From NCBI GenBank assembly GCA_041664165.1, contig JBAYLH010000004.1, positions 11,974 to 75,973 on the forward strand: DNA of 64,000 nucleotides. Reading direction: 5' to 3'. Position numbers and translations under genes: made by a program. Source of the stretch: Candidatus Buchananbacteria bacterium. GTDB taxonomy: Bacteria > Patescibacteriota > Patescibacteriia > Buchananbacterales > UBA6539. Below are positions 63,228 through 64,000 of this stretch, one piece after another (position 1 is the stretch's first letter; each line of letters begins with the position of its first letter). The notes under the pieces are model-generated. The model did not search any database. It saw only the letters and a program-made list of their open reading frames with translations, and had not been told where the DNA came from.

Positions 63228-64000
63228 TTAAGCCTGAGGGGCAAAAGTTCTCATCACGTCGTCAATATAGACAACGCCCAAAAGCCGCCGTTTTTTATCC
63301 AAAACCACCGCCGTAAACAAATTGTATTTAGTCATAATATCGACAATCTCGGTAAATTTTTGGTTTGGTTTTAAAATTGACGTGGCGGGAAACAGTTTTA
63401 ATAATTCTTTAAGATTTTTTTCGGGTTCGGAAATAATCAGCCGCCGCAAAGAAACGGCTCCGTAAAAATGCTGGTCAACGTCAGTAACGTAAATATACAA
63501 AATCGAACGAAACTTCGGCGAAGCTAATTTAATTTCTTCAATGGTTTGTTTTACCGTCCATTCCGGCCGAACCGTCATATAATCCAAACTCATCAAGCCG
63601 CCGGCCGTATCGTCGGGATAAGAAATCAAACTTTCGACTTCTTGCGCCACTCCCGACTGCAATTGCGACAGATAAGTTTTTACTTCTTCTTTGGATAAAG
63701 TCTTCATCAAATCGACCACCTCATCGATTGACATCTGGGATAAAATCTTAGTCACTTGCTCGGGACTTAAAAACTTCACCATGTTTTTTTGAAGGCGCGG
63801 ATCCACTTCTTCAAAAACTTTGGCGGCTCTTTTTGCATCCAAAGAAGTAACCAGCTGGCTGCCTTGTTTAATATTCAAATCCTCGATAATATTGGCCAAA
63901 TCGGCCGGATGAAGTCTGTTCAAATCTTTGGAACCAATGTCTAATTTTAAAACTCCTTTAACCGGCTGAGTTTCGCGCCAGTCGATTAAATGAACTTTAA
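63228..64000 (-). CDS. MgtE N-terminal domain + CBS-pair protein lacking the MgtE transmembrane channel domain; 5' end beyond window
   Basis: ORF is open to the window edge (…KVHLIDWRETQPVKGVLKLDIGSKDLNRLHPADLANIIEDLN…). MgtE_N-like helical region, then two CBS motifs, stop at 63228, 14 nt before the NRAMP-like gene. Confidence 0.6.
   Translation of the reverse strand, partial: KVHLIDWRETQPVKGVLKLDIGSKDLNRLHPADLANIIEDLNIKQGSQLVTSLDAKRAAKVFEEVDPRLQKNMVKFLSPEQVTKILSQMSIDEVVDLMKTLSKEEVKTYLSQLQSGVAQEVESLISYPDDTAGGLMSLDYMTVRPEWTVKQTIEEIKLASPKFRSILYIYVTDVDQHFYGAVSLRRLIISEPEKNLKELLKLFPATSILKPNQKFTEIVDIMTKYNLFTAVVLDKKRRLLGVVYIDDVMRTFAPQA

Noticed and set aside
1-64000. CRISPR arrays, cas genes, integrase, transposase, reverse transcriptase, restriction-modification or toxin-antitoxin pairs
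   Set aside because: Searched by eye for regular short direct repeats and for hallmark motifs (RT YxDD, DDE, tyrosine-recombinase R..H..RH..Y, HEPN Rx4-6H) in all long ORFs; none found. The only nuclease-family ORF is the GIY-YIG gene inside rnpB.

Overview
This is a low-GC (~40% by eye), gene-dense bacterial chromosome segment with almost every gene on the minus strand. The gene content (DUF4012, three GT4 and three GT2 glycosyltransferases, a membrane-anchored ClpC-like ATPase, PduL-type Pta + AckA, tightly packed or overlapping ORFs) is consistent with a small-genome Patescibacteria/CPR-like organism; that is an inference. Recognisable housekeeping genes are a purF-like fragment, tgt, rnhA, recJ, lepA, murJ, ackA, dnaX-ybaB, rplY, ftsW/rodA, one tRNA-Gln(CUG) and an RNase P RNA gene. 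The main finding: rnpB carries a complete 85-codon GIY-YIG ORF inside its P3 hairpin, flanked by a perfect 12-bp inverted repeat, and has two further CCCCCCAC-type palindromic insertions (P12, J2/4). Other points of interest: a hairpin-rich block of tRNA-Gln-derived fragments between dnaX and ybaB; two promoter-to-terminator structured RNAs of unassigned identity; ~100-bp duplications of the tgt 3' end and the lepA 5' end bracketing small inserted segments; a frame disruption in the dnaX ATPase domain; a 3.5-kb high-GC island encoding a 1153-aa repeat lipoprotein; a non-canonical NRAMP-family transporter next to a channel-less MgtE-N/CBS protein; two cell-envelope glycan loci. No CRISPR array, cas gene, reverse transcriptase, integrase or transposase was recognised.
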